Numbered from the stretch's first letter, positions 23,176-32,000 are shown. The stretch is DNA of 32,000 bases from an uncultured archaeon (GCA_964354495.1 CAYHAA010000005.1:1-32000), one strand, 5' to 3'. Program-made: numbers and translations. The notes: generated by a model from the sequence alone, not told the origin.

Positions 23176-24426
23176 TTACCCAACTCGGACAAGAGCCGTC
23201 TTGGCAACCTCTTGACCAATTCTGCCATCCACTGCTTTGATCGTAACTAGCTCCTCACCTTGCTTGATGGCTCTCACAAAGATCTGAAAGTGCATTGTTT
23301 CCCCACTACCAAGAAAGTGGATTGTCTTCTCTTTGTTACCTAGGGAGATTTCAAGACCCTCGGACAGATTCGTTGTGATTACAATGTTATCGGCTGGGCC
23401 GTCTCCTACATTCTTCAGATTCACTTCAATGATGGCCTCGTCTCCGAGAGAGCAGGATACTCTCTCTGGCGACACCTTCAAGTCCAAGTCAGATGGTGCT
23501 CGTGCGATCATGAACTCGACCTTGTTACTGTGCTTATGGAGAAGGACCTTTTCACCTTCTAGAGTCACTGTATAAGGGCCGATAGTTCCTGAACCACTCA
23601 GAACGGGAGTGAACTCAATCAGCCAGGACTCGTTCTTTGAAGGGATTGATGAGAACTCTGGTTCTCTCTTCATGATGACACTATTAGAGAGAGATACTCG
23701 ATGATCAACTATTCTTACTTGAGTAGCACATTTGAACTGCAATTCCAATTCGATTGGAGTCTTCACGGGTACTTCATTCATTTCCTGACCTGCCCAGCTG
23801 AGGGTTATCTCTGTGTCAAGTGCAAGCCTGACGGAACCAACCACGAACTCCACGAGTGACTGCTCAGGTGCCGTTGCTTTTGCGCTTCGTGCAACCTTCT
23901 CGAAACTCTCCCTGGAAACATCAGCTCCCTCGCAAAGAATTTCCACGCACGATTCTGCCAGGTCATATATGGGATCAGTCTTCCCTGATAATTCACCAAC
24001 TCTCTTCTCTGCCTTCTTCAACAGGTTTGTTGCAGTCTCGTAGTTTCTTGCACCAAGATAGCCTATGACAGCCATCCCAATCGATCGGTTGGATGCACGC
24101 AGTTTCTTTTCGCGGTATAGATGGTCGGAGGACTCAGAATACAGTCCACCGCCCTCATCATATCGACCCTCCATGTTTAGGCATTCAGCAGCCAGTATTT
24201 TCATCTCAGCACATCTGGTGTGGTCGTTAGACTCGAGGGCAGTAAATGCTGCTTCGCGAAAGTACTTCACAGCAAAATCCATCTCATCTTCTTCAAGAAA
24301 CAGTCTTGCTGCCTTCTCAAACTCCACACTGGCATATTGGGGAAAACCCTCCTCAATCTCAATCAGAGCCTTCTCGACGTATTTCTTGGCTTTCTTTGTA
24401 GGGTCAGACTTCAGAAACTTGAACAT
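23176..24426 (-). CDS. SNAP-like TPR domain fused to two C-terminal Ig-like (DUF11/CARDB-like) beta-sandwiches
   Basis: N-terminal ~200 aa are helical (YASVEFEKAARLF, FAVKYFREAA). C-terminal region is beta-rich, with IEVNLKNVGDGPADNIVITTNLSEGLEI...LGSGET typical of DUF11/CARDB. No signal peptide. Confidence 0.7.
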   Translation of the reverse strand: MFKFLKSDPTKKAKKYVEKALIEIEEGFPQYASVEFEKAARLFLEEDEMDFAVKYFREAAFTALESNDHTRCAEMKILAAECLNMEGRYDEGGGLYSESSDHLYREKKLRASNRSIGMAVIGYLGARNYETATNLLKKAEKRVGELSGKTDPIYDLAESCVEILCEGADVSRESFEKVARSAKATAPEQSLVEFVVGSVRLALDTEITLSWAGQEMNEVPVKTPIELELQFKCATQVRIVDHRVSLSNSVIMKREPEFSSIPSKNESWLIEFTPVLSGSGTIGPYTVTLEGEKVLLHKHSNKVEFMIARAPSDLDLKVSPERVSCSLGDEAIIEVNLKNVGDGPADNIVITTNLSEGLEISLGNKEKTIHFLGSGETMHFQIFVRAIKQGEELVTIKAVDGRIGQEVAKTALVRVG

Positions 24427-24554
24427 CTATCCTAGCCTCATTGTCCTCTAAGCACTGAAATGAGGGAGAACTTCCGCTATATCGCTTTCGGCTCAAGGAC
24501 TAATCCTTTTCAGGTACGACCAAATCAAGAAGAGCACATCATTAGAGTGCAACA

Positions 24555-25778
24555 ATGGTGACGGCGAATATGACAGAACAACCTTACTACTGGGATGATC
24601 CACTCAGAGAAAGCTTTGATATTACCATTGATTCAATCATCGAAGCAAATGGCTACACCTATGTCAAGATACTTGAGAATGTAGTGAAGCCCTCTGGTGG
24701 AGGACAAGCTGGCGATAGAGGCTGCATTGAGATCGACGGAATGACCTACGAGTTCATAGACACAGTGCTACAGGATAATGTCACCTTGCTTCAGATGAAA
24801 CAGATTCCTCCATTCAAAGTGAATGCAGTCCTTACCATTGACATGGTGTGGCGAGGAGCTATGATGAGCAATCACACTTCAGAACACCTGTTTGTTGGGA
24901 CTCTGAAGAAGAAGCATCCTAACATCGAGCTTGGCAGAATCTGGATTGATGGAAACCGTGGTGCTGTAGAGCTTAAAGGAGGTTCCCTATCAATTGAGAA
25001 CATTCTTGAGGCCGAGTCGCAGGTGCAGAGGCACATTGAACTGGCAATTCCAGTGAAGTCGGAAGTCACTTCTGCAAGCGACCTCGATGAGTCCGTGAGA
25101 GCAAGAGAGGGAGTGACCTCCAAACATGACATAATTCGAATCGTCAGGGTTGGAGACCTTGATAGCTCTGCATGTGCTGGTATTCATGTCACAAATACCC
25201 GCGAGATTCGTGTCTTCAAGGTGACCGATGTCAAGAGTAGAGATAAGGACACACACATAGAGTTCCTTTCAGGTTCGACAGCTGTGGAATCTCTGTCCGG
25301 CGTGTACAATGCAGCACTGGTCAGAAAGTACTCATACCCATTCGAACTGGAACAACTGGGAGCCGTCTTGGACAAGGCGAAAGGACTACAGATGGCGCAT
25401 GAGGAGTTGCTGCAAGAGATCGTACAGCTGTTGATTGATGGACCGCATAGGGAGCAGATTGGATCTATTCGGTTCTGGCATGAGTATCTGCCGGGATTGG
25501 ATGCCAGTAGTTTGCGGAACATTATGAAACAGCTGCCTGAGAATGAACGCTCTGTGACCCTCTTGTTTGCTCCGGGTCCCAAATCCAGTCTCATCCTCTG
25601 GACCAACAGTATGCCCAAGAATGCATCCTTCTACATTCAGGAGCCGGTCATAGAACTAGGGGGTAATGGCGGAGGTAGCAAAGACTCATTCACAGGAGGA
25701 TTCGGCGACATCAAGAACCCTCTGGAGCTATATCAACAACTAGTCGAGAAAGTGAAGAAGAGAATCTTCGGCACATGA
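24555..25778 (+). CDS. alaX: Alanyl-tRNA editing protein AlaX (large type, with C-terminal DHHA1-like domain)
   Basis: PSGGGQAGDRG, zinc ligands HTSEH and CAGIH, and C-terminal GGNGGGS. Confidence 0.9.
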   Translation: MVTANMTEQPYYWDDPLRESFDITIDSIIEANGYTYVKILENVVKPSGGGQAGDRGCIEIDGMTYEFIDTVLQDNVTLLQMKQIPPFKVNAVLTIDMVWRGAMMSNHTSEHLFVGTLKKKHPNIELGRIWIDGNRGAVELKGGSLSIENILEAESQVQRHIELAIPVKSEVTSASDLDESVRAREGVTSKHDIIRIVRVGDLDSSACAGIHVTNTREIRVFKVTDVKSRDKDTHIEFLSGSTAVESLSGVYNAALVRKYSYPFELEQLGAVLDKAKGLQMAHEELLQEIVQLLIDGPHREQIGSIRFWHEYLPGLDASSLRNIMKQLPENERSVTLLFAPGPKSSLILWTNSMPKNASFYIQEPVIELGGNGGGSKDSFTGGFGDIKNPLELYQQLVEKVKKRIFGT

Positions 25779-25834
25779 AATCGACTCAATTCAAGGTCCC
25801 GAAAACCGTCAGCGATATACTTGCACTGTTGGCC

Positions 25835-27436
25835 TTAGTCGAAGTCGGTGTGCTCCCAGTAAATCCGGTAGACCGACATTGTGTCCCGACCGCATATGAC
25901 ATTCTCTTCTAGATGTACAGTAAATTCAATCTCGTATGAGCTGACCGGCAGATACCGAAAGTAATACCTAAACAAGTCAGGAAAGAAGACAACGTAGTTG
26001 CATCCCCGGTCATGTAGGTACTGGATCTTCTCGAAATCAGTCATGTTACCATGTACGATGTCCGGACTCACCAATCCCGCGTGGTCAATCATGGTTCTGT
26101 TGGAGAAGTATCGCAATGCACCAGCGTCATGTGTTGCGAACACGGCATCAGGGGGAGTGTTCTCATTAAGCCATAGACCAATCTCGACCTGCATGTCATT
26201 GATGTTTCCTGCAGCCTTGCCATAGAATGTAGCTTGGAAAGAATAGCTCGGAACCATCGGTACGATGATCAGCACAGCAACAACGAAGACGCATAGATGG
26301 TTGAGTGATACTGAATCACGAATCTCCAAGAGAGCGGTGAAGACTATTCTGAGGAGTATGGCCACAGAAGCAATCGCTGCAATGAGAAAAAGGTCAAACA
26401 CTGGTAATAGGTAACGATTGTTGTTGATGAGCGCCGCATAGGGTGTTGAAAGCCTATAGAGTACAGTCAATGAAACGGGCAGTAGCCAAGCGAATGGGCG
26501 ACCCTTTGGAATTAGGATGATTCCAAGAAAGGCAGCAACCGGGAGAAAAGGCAACTCCTGCACAAAGTACGTCCAGAAGATGTCCCAAGCTTCAATCTCG
26601 GAGGCAGTAGGAGCATGAACTTTGGCATAGAATGTATCGGGTAATGGATAGCCAGTTACACTTAGACAATGAAGTATCCAGGGTGCAGCTACTGCTAAGG
26701 CAATGACACCCGAGAGAAGGAACAGGCCAAATCGAATTCGGGTCACTCTGCCCTTTAGCGCTAATATCAACAATCGAAGAGGAATGCAGAAGACCACGAT
26801 GATCCCTTCTGGCCTTGAAAGGAATGCCAGCCCTGCAAGAATGCCAAGGGCAAGATCATATTTCGTATCCTCTTTGTCGAGTATCGCAATTGAAAGAAGT
26901 AAGACAAAGACAAAGAGAGGGGTCTCCATGCCCGAGAGCATGAGCCAAGTGTTTCTAGGCACGAGTACAAATGCGATAGAGGCAACTATGCCCCAACTAA
27001 CATGTTCCAGATAGGTTGCCACAATGTACCCTGCAAGGTACGTCGAGCCAACATAGAATACAATCGAGAGTAGGTATACTCCCCAGATAACTCCAGATGG
27101 TTCTGTGGTGAACCAGAAGATGGATGAGAGAATAAGGGACCAGAGTGGGCTAGTGGACCCAGTCGACGGGTACCCAGGGGAGTATTCCCACGGTGTACCT
27201 TCATAGATCGTCCTAGCAAATTGAACGTGAATCCAAGAATCATCAAGGGTGAGGCCAGGAGATGCAATGGACAACATTGTCGCCAAATAATGAATGCAGG
27301 AGAGGGCCGTAGAAACAAGAGCGACGACTCCTAGGATTATTGCATCCAGATGTCGATTCATGAACCTCAGAAGGAGATTGGTCGTTGTCACAACCACTGA
27401 TTGGTCTGAATCAGTCTGACTAATTGTGTCCACCAA
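25835..27436 (-). CDS. GT-C superfamily polytopic glycosyltransferase-like membrane protein
   Basis: First-loop LDDSWIH...ARTI and GSTSPLW; SGMETPLF; SRPEG; PDTFYAK; RYLLP; soluble C-terminal domain WLNENTP..A..ATHDAGA..YFS.R.MID..GL. Confidence 0.75.
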   Translation of the reverse strand: MVDTISQTDSDQSVVVTTTNLLLRFMNRHLDAIILGVVALVSTALSCIHYLATMLSIASPGLTLDDSWIHVQFARTIYEGTPWEYSPGYPSTGSTSPLWSLILSSIFWFTTEPSGVIWGVYLLSIVFYVGSTYLAGYIVATYLEHVSWGIVASIAFVLVPRNTWLMLSGMETPLFVFVLLLSIAILDKEDTKYDLALGILAGLAFLSRPEGIIVVFCIPLRLLILALKGRVTRIRFGLFLLSGVIALAVAAPWILHCLSVTGYPLPDTFYAKVHAPTASEIEAWDIFWTYFVQELPFLPVAAFLGIILIPKGRPFAWLLPVSLTVLYRLSTPYAALINNNRYLLPVFDLFLIAAIASVAILLRIVFTALLEIRDSVSLNHLCVFVVAVLIIVPMVPSYSFQATFYGKAAGNINDMQVEIGLWLNENTPPDAVFATHDAGALRYFSNRTMIDHAGLVSPDIVHGNMTDFEKIQYLHDRGCNYVVFFPDLFRYYFRYLPVSSYEIEFTVHLEENVICGRDTMSVYRIYWEHTDFD

Positions 27437-27612
27437 CCTCGCATGTTTCGGATACCTGACAAGTATATGTGTTTTCTCAGATGGACATACTTTCGGGTAC
27501 CTCTCTCAGGGCCATTCAAGTCCGTTGAAATGTAGAGCAGCCTGAGAGAAGCAACTTAGGCCGAGAATTCCTCTGTTTAGCAGGTCCACCTTCACCCAGG
27601 GGTATAGGCTAC

Positions 27613-28779
27613 ATGACAATCGGCCAGGCACAGATGGCTCAAATGCAACTAGCACAAACAGTGTCAGACAGGCATATCACCGCATTCACACCACCAGGTC
27701 TGAATGTTGAAGCTGCAAAATACCCTATCCTATCGGCAGGTGTGCTTGCCACCACAGAACCTTCAGAGTGGCTCTCAATCTATGACTATCCGGAGTCTTG
27801 GCGCGGTCTGGATAGGGACGCCATTCTTTCAATGAGAAAACGACTGTTTCGATTCACTATGCCTATTGATGCTAGGACAATGGAACCTAAGGACTCTGTA
27901 GATACTCTGCAGACAATAGCTCTCTCAGTCAGTCCTGTTGCAATCGACACTAAGGCAACAGTCCTGCCCCCGAGAGACCTACATCCACTCGGAGGTCAAC
28001 TTCCTGCAGGCTCTGCAGTATTCGTGAAATCGCTTGAGATCATATCTGAGCCAGAGGTCAGTAGAGTAGCCAAGAGAGTGACAGAGCAGGACATTCCGGC
28101 ATCAGAGGCAGCATGGAAGCTGTTTGACTACGAGTACTCACTCGATCAAGTGGCACGATTCATGTCAGTTGGACTACTTGGAAGGCTGGATAGTAGAAGA
28201 CTCGTTCCCACACGCTGGGCGTACAAGGCAGTCATAGACGCATTCGTCAGTAGATGTCTTACTGAACTGTCAGACAAGCCGGGCGTTTCTTCCTATAAGC
28301 TTAGTTCTTCAGAGCTGTTCAATGAGAACTTCATCATCCTTGAACAACCGGGAGGACCTCAGGTTGACTACTTGAGAATTGAGCGAACTCAGAACGGATT
28401 CGAGCGAGGTGCGAGCCTTGAAGGCGTGAAGAATCTCACAATGGACTCCAAGACCGCTGTGTTTGCGGATCACGCAAGATTCTCAGTCTATCAGAACTTG
28501 GTGAAAAGAGAGGAGAAGGCACATCTGACCATATTCCATTTTGCTCGAAATAGCAGTAATGGCATACTTGGTCCATGGCCTGTACGAGAAGGCGTTAAGA
28601 TTGCCCTTGAATCAAGTCAGGTCGAACTCGATTCAAGAGAGAATGCGCTCATGGTTCTCAAATCGCTATTGGCTCCGGACTTCTCAGTTTGGGCCAGCGA
28701 GAATTCTCTGATTGATAGCCTCGGAGGAGCATTTAAGATAGTGGAGAATAGCTCCCCGCGTAATAGATATGAAGAATGA
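27613..28779 (+). CDS. nre: Divergent Nre-family archaeal DNA repair protein
   Basis: FTPPG..V...KYP (cf. SPPSVFVG..YP), DYPESW, LQTIALS..PV, MSVGLLG and RRLVPTRWAYKAV (cf. RKLVPTRWSITAV). Confidence 0.75.
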   Translation: MTIGQAQMAQMQLAQTVSDRHITAFTPPGLNVEAAKYPILSAGVLATTEPSEWLSIYDYPESWRGLDRDAILSMRKRLFRFTMPIDARTMEPKDSVDTLQTIALSVSPVAIDTKATVLPPRDLHPLGGQLPAGSAVFVKSLEIISEPEVSRVAKRVTEQDIPASEAAWKLFDYEYSLDQVARFMSVGLLGRLDSRRLVPTRWAYKAVIDAFVSRCLTELSDKPGVSSYKLSSSELFNENFIILEQPGGPQVDYLRIERTQNGFERGASLEGVKNLTMDSKTAVFADHARFSVYQNLVKREEKAHLTIFHFARNSSNGILGPWPVREGVKIALESSQVELDSRENALMVLKSLLAPDFSVWASENSLIDSLGGAFKIVENSSPRNRYEE

Positions 28780-28820
28780 AAAAAGAGGGAAGGTGTAGGA
28801 GAAGCCTACACACTCTCTTT
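28777..28820. terminator. Likely bidirectional hairpin terminator between convergent genes
   Basis: 7-bp stem GTGTAGG/CCTACAC (28793-28811), with CTTCCCTCTTTTTT on the minus side and ACTCTCTTTT on the plus side. Confidence 0.55.
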
Positions 28821-29834
28821 TGCCTGTTTTCTGGAGGCTCCCTTGTACATCAACAAAAGGCCAAGGATTGCCAGCATCCCGCCCGATATAAGACCGCCAC
28901 CCTGAAGTTGCGGTTCTGATCCAAGCAACTCTTCGAGACGATCTAGTAGCTCGTCCAGCAGACCTATCTCAAGCACATCGAGCTGACTCAATGCAATTAA
29001 AAAGAGCCCCGCACCTATCATGAGCATAAGCAGACCGACTCCGATGCCGCCAGCCCTATAGCTCATCGACCGTGGAAACTGACTTTCAATCACGTATCCT
29101 GTGGCAGCAGATACGGAGGCTTTGTATTTCTTGTTGCCGTATCTGTAGGTCAATTCCCAAACAGGAACATGAATCAAGAAGGTCTCGCCAACATTGATAT
29201 CATCCTTCCTAGACTCAATCTTGCTTACTTCTTGTAGAACTAGCTTTGTCTGTCGGTCCATTGCTTCCTGACGTGCTGCGGCCTTTGCATTTTCCTCAGT
29301 CATATTACTATGAAGGACTCTTCCAGCGAACTCCTCTGCGTGAGCATGGCTGAAGTACTCCTTTGCACGAGTCGGAATCGGATGGCCACGGATATCGGGG
29401 TCGATGTTCTTCACTCCGGCAATGTTAATCTCATGCCTTCGTGTGAACTGACCGGACTCCGGTTTCCAGAAGAAGTTGATCCGTTTATAGGCACCTGGTC
29501 GCTGCATCCATTCATCATGAAATGTCGCATCTCGACCCATTCCCTGATAGTCGGTGCGCGCATCAACTCTGCTTATCCAGAAGGGATACCACACCTGTTG
29601 ATTCTCAACGAACGTTGCAGTAGTGGGTAGATCAGCTGGAGCGCCGAGCTGCTTTGAAACCCAATCCAAGAGGGTTGTTTGAGCCTCGTTCTGTTTGAAA
29701 TGGACTCGTATCATATAATGGTCTTTGAACTTGGTACCCTCGGTTGTCTGCGCTGTTCCGCAGTACGGGCACACAAGGAGCACATCGCCAGGACCGGTCT
29801 CAAAACTTGCATCGCAAAAAGCACACTTCACCAT
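28806..29834 (-). CDS. Double zinc-ribbon membrane protein, paralog 2
   Basis: CAFC and CPYC; WYPFW; FLIHVPVWELTY; two C-terminal TM helices. ATG 29834 follows GGGGTGA, which overlaps the upstream stop codon. Confidence 0.8.
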   Translation of the reverse strand: MVKCAFCDASFETGPGDVLLVCPYCGTAQTTEGTKFKDHYMIRVHFKQNEAQTTLLDWVSKQLGAPADLPTTATFVENQQVWYPFWISRVDARTDYQGMGRDATFHDEWMQRPGAYKRINFFWKPESGQFTRRHEINIAGVKNIDPDIRGHPIPTRAKEYFSHAHAEEFAGRVLHSNMTEENAKAAARQEAMDRQTKLVLQEVSKIESRKDDINVGETFLIHVPVWELTYRYGNKKYKASVSAATGYVIESQFPRSMSYRAGGIGVGLLMLMIGAGLFLIALSQLDVLEIGLLDELLDRLEELLGSEPQLQGGGLISGGMLAILGLLLMYKGASRKQAKESV

Positions 29835-29839
29835 TTTGA

Positions 29840-30880
29840 TCACCCCTTCTTAGTGCGTTGGGTCATAATCAACACCCTGAACCCAAGCGCGGTCATTACA
29901 ATGCCAAGGATTGCCAGTACAGCTCCGATAGCAGTCCACATGTCCATAACAGGTTCAGTAGGAACAATGAGATTTTGATACAAGAACTGCGTTCCTACTC
30001 CTGCAAGAATAATTCCAATCAGGCCGAGAACTGTCCACATTGCCCGCTGACCTCGTGCGATTGGTATTTCGCCCATAAGCACCCTGCCAGAGTTGCCATC
30101 GATAGCAGCTTTGTAGAGATCGCCCTGGAACTTGTAGCGAACCATGGTGAACGGAGCCTGGAGGTATGTGGTTCCTCTCACACTAGTAGTAGTGCGACAA
30201 TCAAACAGCTCTGCCAGGCCACTTCCTGCCTGAGCACGATGATTATCAGCGACCCGTCCATGAATCGCCTTCTCGAATTCTTCCTGACCTATCTCAGCAT
30301 TGAGAATCATGGGATCAAGATCCTTGATCTTCTCAAAATTATAGGGAACTGTATTCTCAATCTTAATAGTTCCCAAGAATTCCTCAAGCCCATAGAAACG
30401 AGCGCCCTTTCTTGCAAGCATTGGCTCATTAGTATCTGTGTGAAGTTCAGACTGAACAGGTACGTAGCCTGTTTCGTAGTCAGTATAAGTCTCAGTCCTA
30501 GTATGGCCGTTAGAATCTCTAACAGTCCTAGTCTTTTGAACGGGAACCTGAACGGTCTTGTATCCCTTGTAGTAAGAATCAGCTTTGACCTTCGCAGTCC
30601 ATACTGGTACGTAGATCAATCGGTTCTCGACGACTTGAACATTCTTGACCAAGGACTTATTCATACCCTTATTCTTGTCAAGAAAGCCTTGGAAGCCCCG
30701 TATTCGCTCATCAGCGCCTATGGCAGGCTCCATCAAGTGGTCGCCAATAGCCTTTCCCTCTATTGTGCTCGTATTCCCACAATAGTTACAAGTAATAACA
30801 ACATCATCAGGTCCCGTTTTTACATTGCCGTTACAGACAGGACACTTGAACATGTCCGCTGTTTGTGCTTCAGAACCCAT
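29840..30880 (-). CDS. Double zinc-ribbon membrane protein, paralog 1
   Basis: CPVC and CNYC; IYVPVW; YLQAPFTMVRY...IDGNSG; two C-terminal TM helices. ATG 30880 follows GGAGAG. Confidence 0.8.
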   Translation of the reverse strand: MGSEAQTADMFKCPVCNGNVKTGPDDVVITCNYCGNTSTIEGKAIGDHLMEPAIGADERIRGFQGFLDKNKGMNKSLVKNVQVVENRLIYVPVWTAKVKADSYYKGYKTVQVPVQKTRTVRDSNGHTRTETYTDYETGYVPVQSELHTDTNEPMLARKGARFYGLEEFLGTIKIENTVPYNFEKIKDLDPMILNAEIGQEEFEKAIHGRVADNHRAQAGSGLAELFDCRTTTSVRGTTYLQAPFTMVRYKFQGDLYKAAIDGNSGRVLMGEIPIARGQRAMWTVLGLIGIILAGVGTQFLYQNLIVPTEPVMDMWTAIGAVLAILGIVMTALGFRVLIMTQRTKKG

Positions 30881-31036
30881 AGTCAAACTCTCCGAGTCTG
30901 TGTATAGAAGAGCAATGTAGGTGAATTCTATTTAGCGTTATGGTGGTTGGCCCTCGAGAGTGATTTGCAGTGTTTTGATAGTTCGCAAACATTCAGAGGA
31001 AGGGCATCGACAACTTGTTTGCCCGTCTAGCCAATT

Positions 31037-31999
31037 TCATCTGCGGATTTCATCGCGAAGTCTGGCAACTGAGAATTCATCCACTCTGTCTTTGACCTCC
31101 TCTCGGGCAGCCTGATGTTTTTCAAGGAAGTCTACCATTAGGGGAGCCAGAAACTGCTTGCAGGGGCCACAGAGCAATTCACCAGATCTGCATGTGCGTT
31201 CGATTTCAGCGAGCTTAGCGTCGTCAGGTACGAAAATGAACTTGTACCATTTGAATACACTGCAGATGTCTGGATTAGCTCCGAGTTTGCGCTGCTCTTC
31301 GACCGTGGCGCGCCCTCCTGTAAAAGCAGCCATAACCTTCTTCTTCGCCATTCTTGACGTGTCAGTGGTGTAGATGACAGACATCTCATCAGAGGCAGAC
31401 ATCTTGCCTCCCTCTTTTAGACCTGGAACAAACATGCATTGGATGGTCGCAGGCTTGTAGTATCCGAGCTTTTCCGCGATATCTCTAGTCACCCTCCAGA
31501 ATGGATCTTGGTCAATCGCACACGGAATGAGGCAGGGCACGTTCTTGCCATAGATCCATGAGTGCAGAAAGGCCGGAACAGCTTGTATCGCAGGATGCCA
31601 GATGGAACCGATGTTCGTACTATTATCAAAACCGAAAGTCGCTTTTACTGTCGAGAAGGTCACTTTTCGAGCAACCTCAACAGCAATCTCATACAACATA
31701 TCAATGTGTTCGATGTCCTGAATGATGTACGTGTCCTCAGGTTCGAATCCGAGCGCCAATAGATCCAAGGTGTTCTCGTATGTATACCGTTTAACATCGC
31801 CAAGGCTGAGATTACTGTTGAAGAAGTACTTCTCATCATTTGTCATCTGGAAGTATAGTCGTGTCTTCACTCTGTCCTGCAGCCATTTGGTGAATATCCA
31901 AGGAACAAGATGACCGATATGAGTGTGGCCGCTGGGTCCTCTTCCAGTATAGATTATGAACGGATTCCTCTTGACATGTTCATCCAAAATCCAGTCTAG
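31037..31999 (-). CDS. trpS: Tryptophan--tRNA ligase, archaeal/eukaryotic type (5' partial)
   Basis: LDWILDE..., YTGRGPSG, HIGH, QMTNDEK, AIDQDPFWR, KMSAS and CRSGELLCGPCK. The frame runs off the window end. Confidence 0.97.
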   Translation of the reverse strand, partial: LDWILDEHVKRNPFIIYTGRGPSGHTHIGHLVPWIFTKWLQDRVKTRLYFQMTNDEKYFFNSNLSLGDVKRYTYENTLDLLALGFEPEDTYIIQDIEHIDMLYEIAVEVARKVTFSTVKATFGFDNSTNIGSIWHPAIQAVPAFLHSWIYGKNVPCLIPCAIDQDPFWRVTRDIAEKLGYYKPATIQCMFVPGLKEGGKMSASDEMSVIYTTDTSRMAKKKVMAAFTGGRATVEEQRKLGANPDICSVFKWYKFIFVPDDAKLAEIERTCRSGELLCGPCKQFLAPLMVDFLEKHQAAREEVKDRVDEFSVARLRDEIRR

Positions 32000-32000
32000 G

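Noticed and set aside
27525-27612. Out-of-frame KCRAA*EKQLRPRIPL, faintly resembling the missing Nre N-terminus
   Set aside because: Only one Cys, an internal stop and a different frame; too weak to call a frameshifted remnant.
29858-30907. 349-aa plus-strand ORF
   Set aside because: Fully antisense to the zinc-ribbon gene, with no recognisable motifs; best explained as a shadow ORF.
1-32000. CRISPR arrays, tRNA/rRNA genes, transposases, integrases, phage genes
   Set aside because: No regularly spaced repeats, cloverleaf structures, rRNA-like stretches or mobile-element motifs were seen; nearly all sequence is explained by CDSs.

Overview
Gene-dense archaeal chromosomal window with no rRNA, tRNA, CRISPR array or mobile element that I can support. 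Archaeal-type GlyRS, TrpRS, PPAT, Nre and AlaX, plus GGAGGTG/GGTGA ribosome-binding sites, identify it as archaeal. MutL, a giant Trp/Tyr-rich surface protein, a NosD-type beta-helix and SNAP-like TPR proteins suggest an Asgard archaeon, probably Thorarchaeia; this is inference, not a database result. Gene order: mutL (5' partial), YbjN-like protein, ~2227-aa membrane-anchored surface glycoprotein, ~930-aa polytopic protein ending in a SpoIIM domain, ferritin, M28/DUF4910 peptidase, PPAT, ASKHA/RACo-like ATPase, USP, alkyltransferase, glyS, class II HMG-CoA reductase, beta-helix protein, two convergent SNAP-like TPR genes, AlaX, GT-C-like glycosyltransferase, Nre-like protein, two paralogous zinc-ribbon membrane proteins, trpS (5' partial). 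The best leads are: the alpha-SNAP-like and gamma-SNAP-like+Ig gene pair; the giant surface protein beside the SpoIIM fusion; a PPAT with no canonical start codon; a RACo-like ATPase with no Fe-S domain; an Nre lacking its zinc motif and PIP box; a candidate C/D-box guide RNA; and a 12-codon ORF with a perfect Shine-Dalgarno site. All family assignments come from motif recognition by eye.
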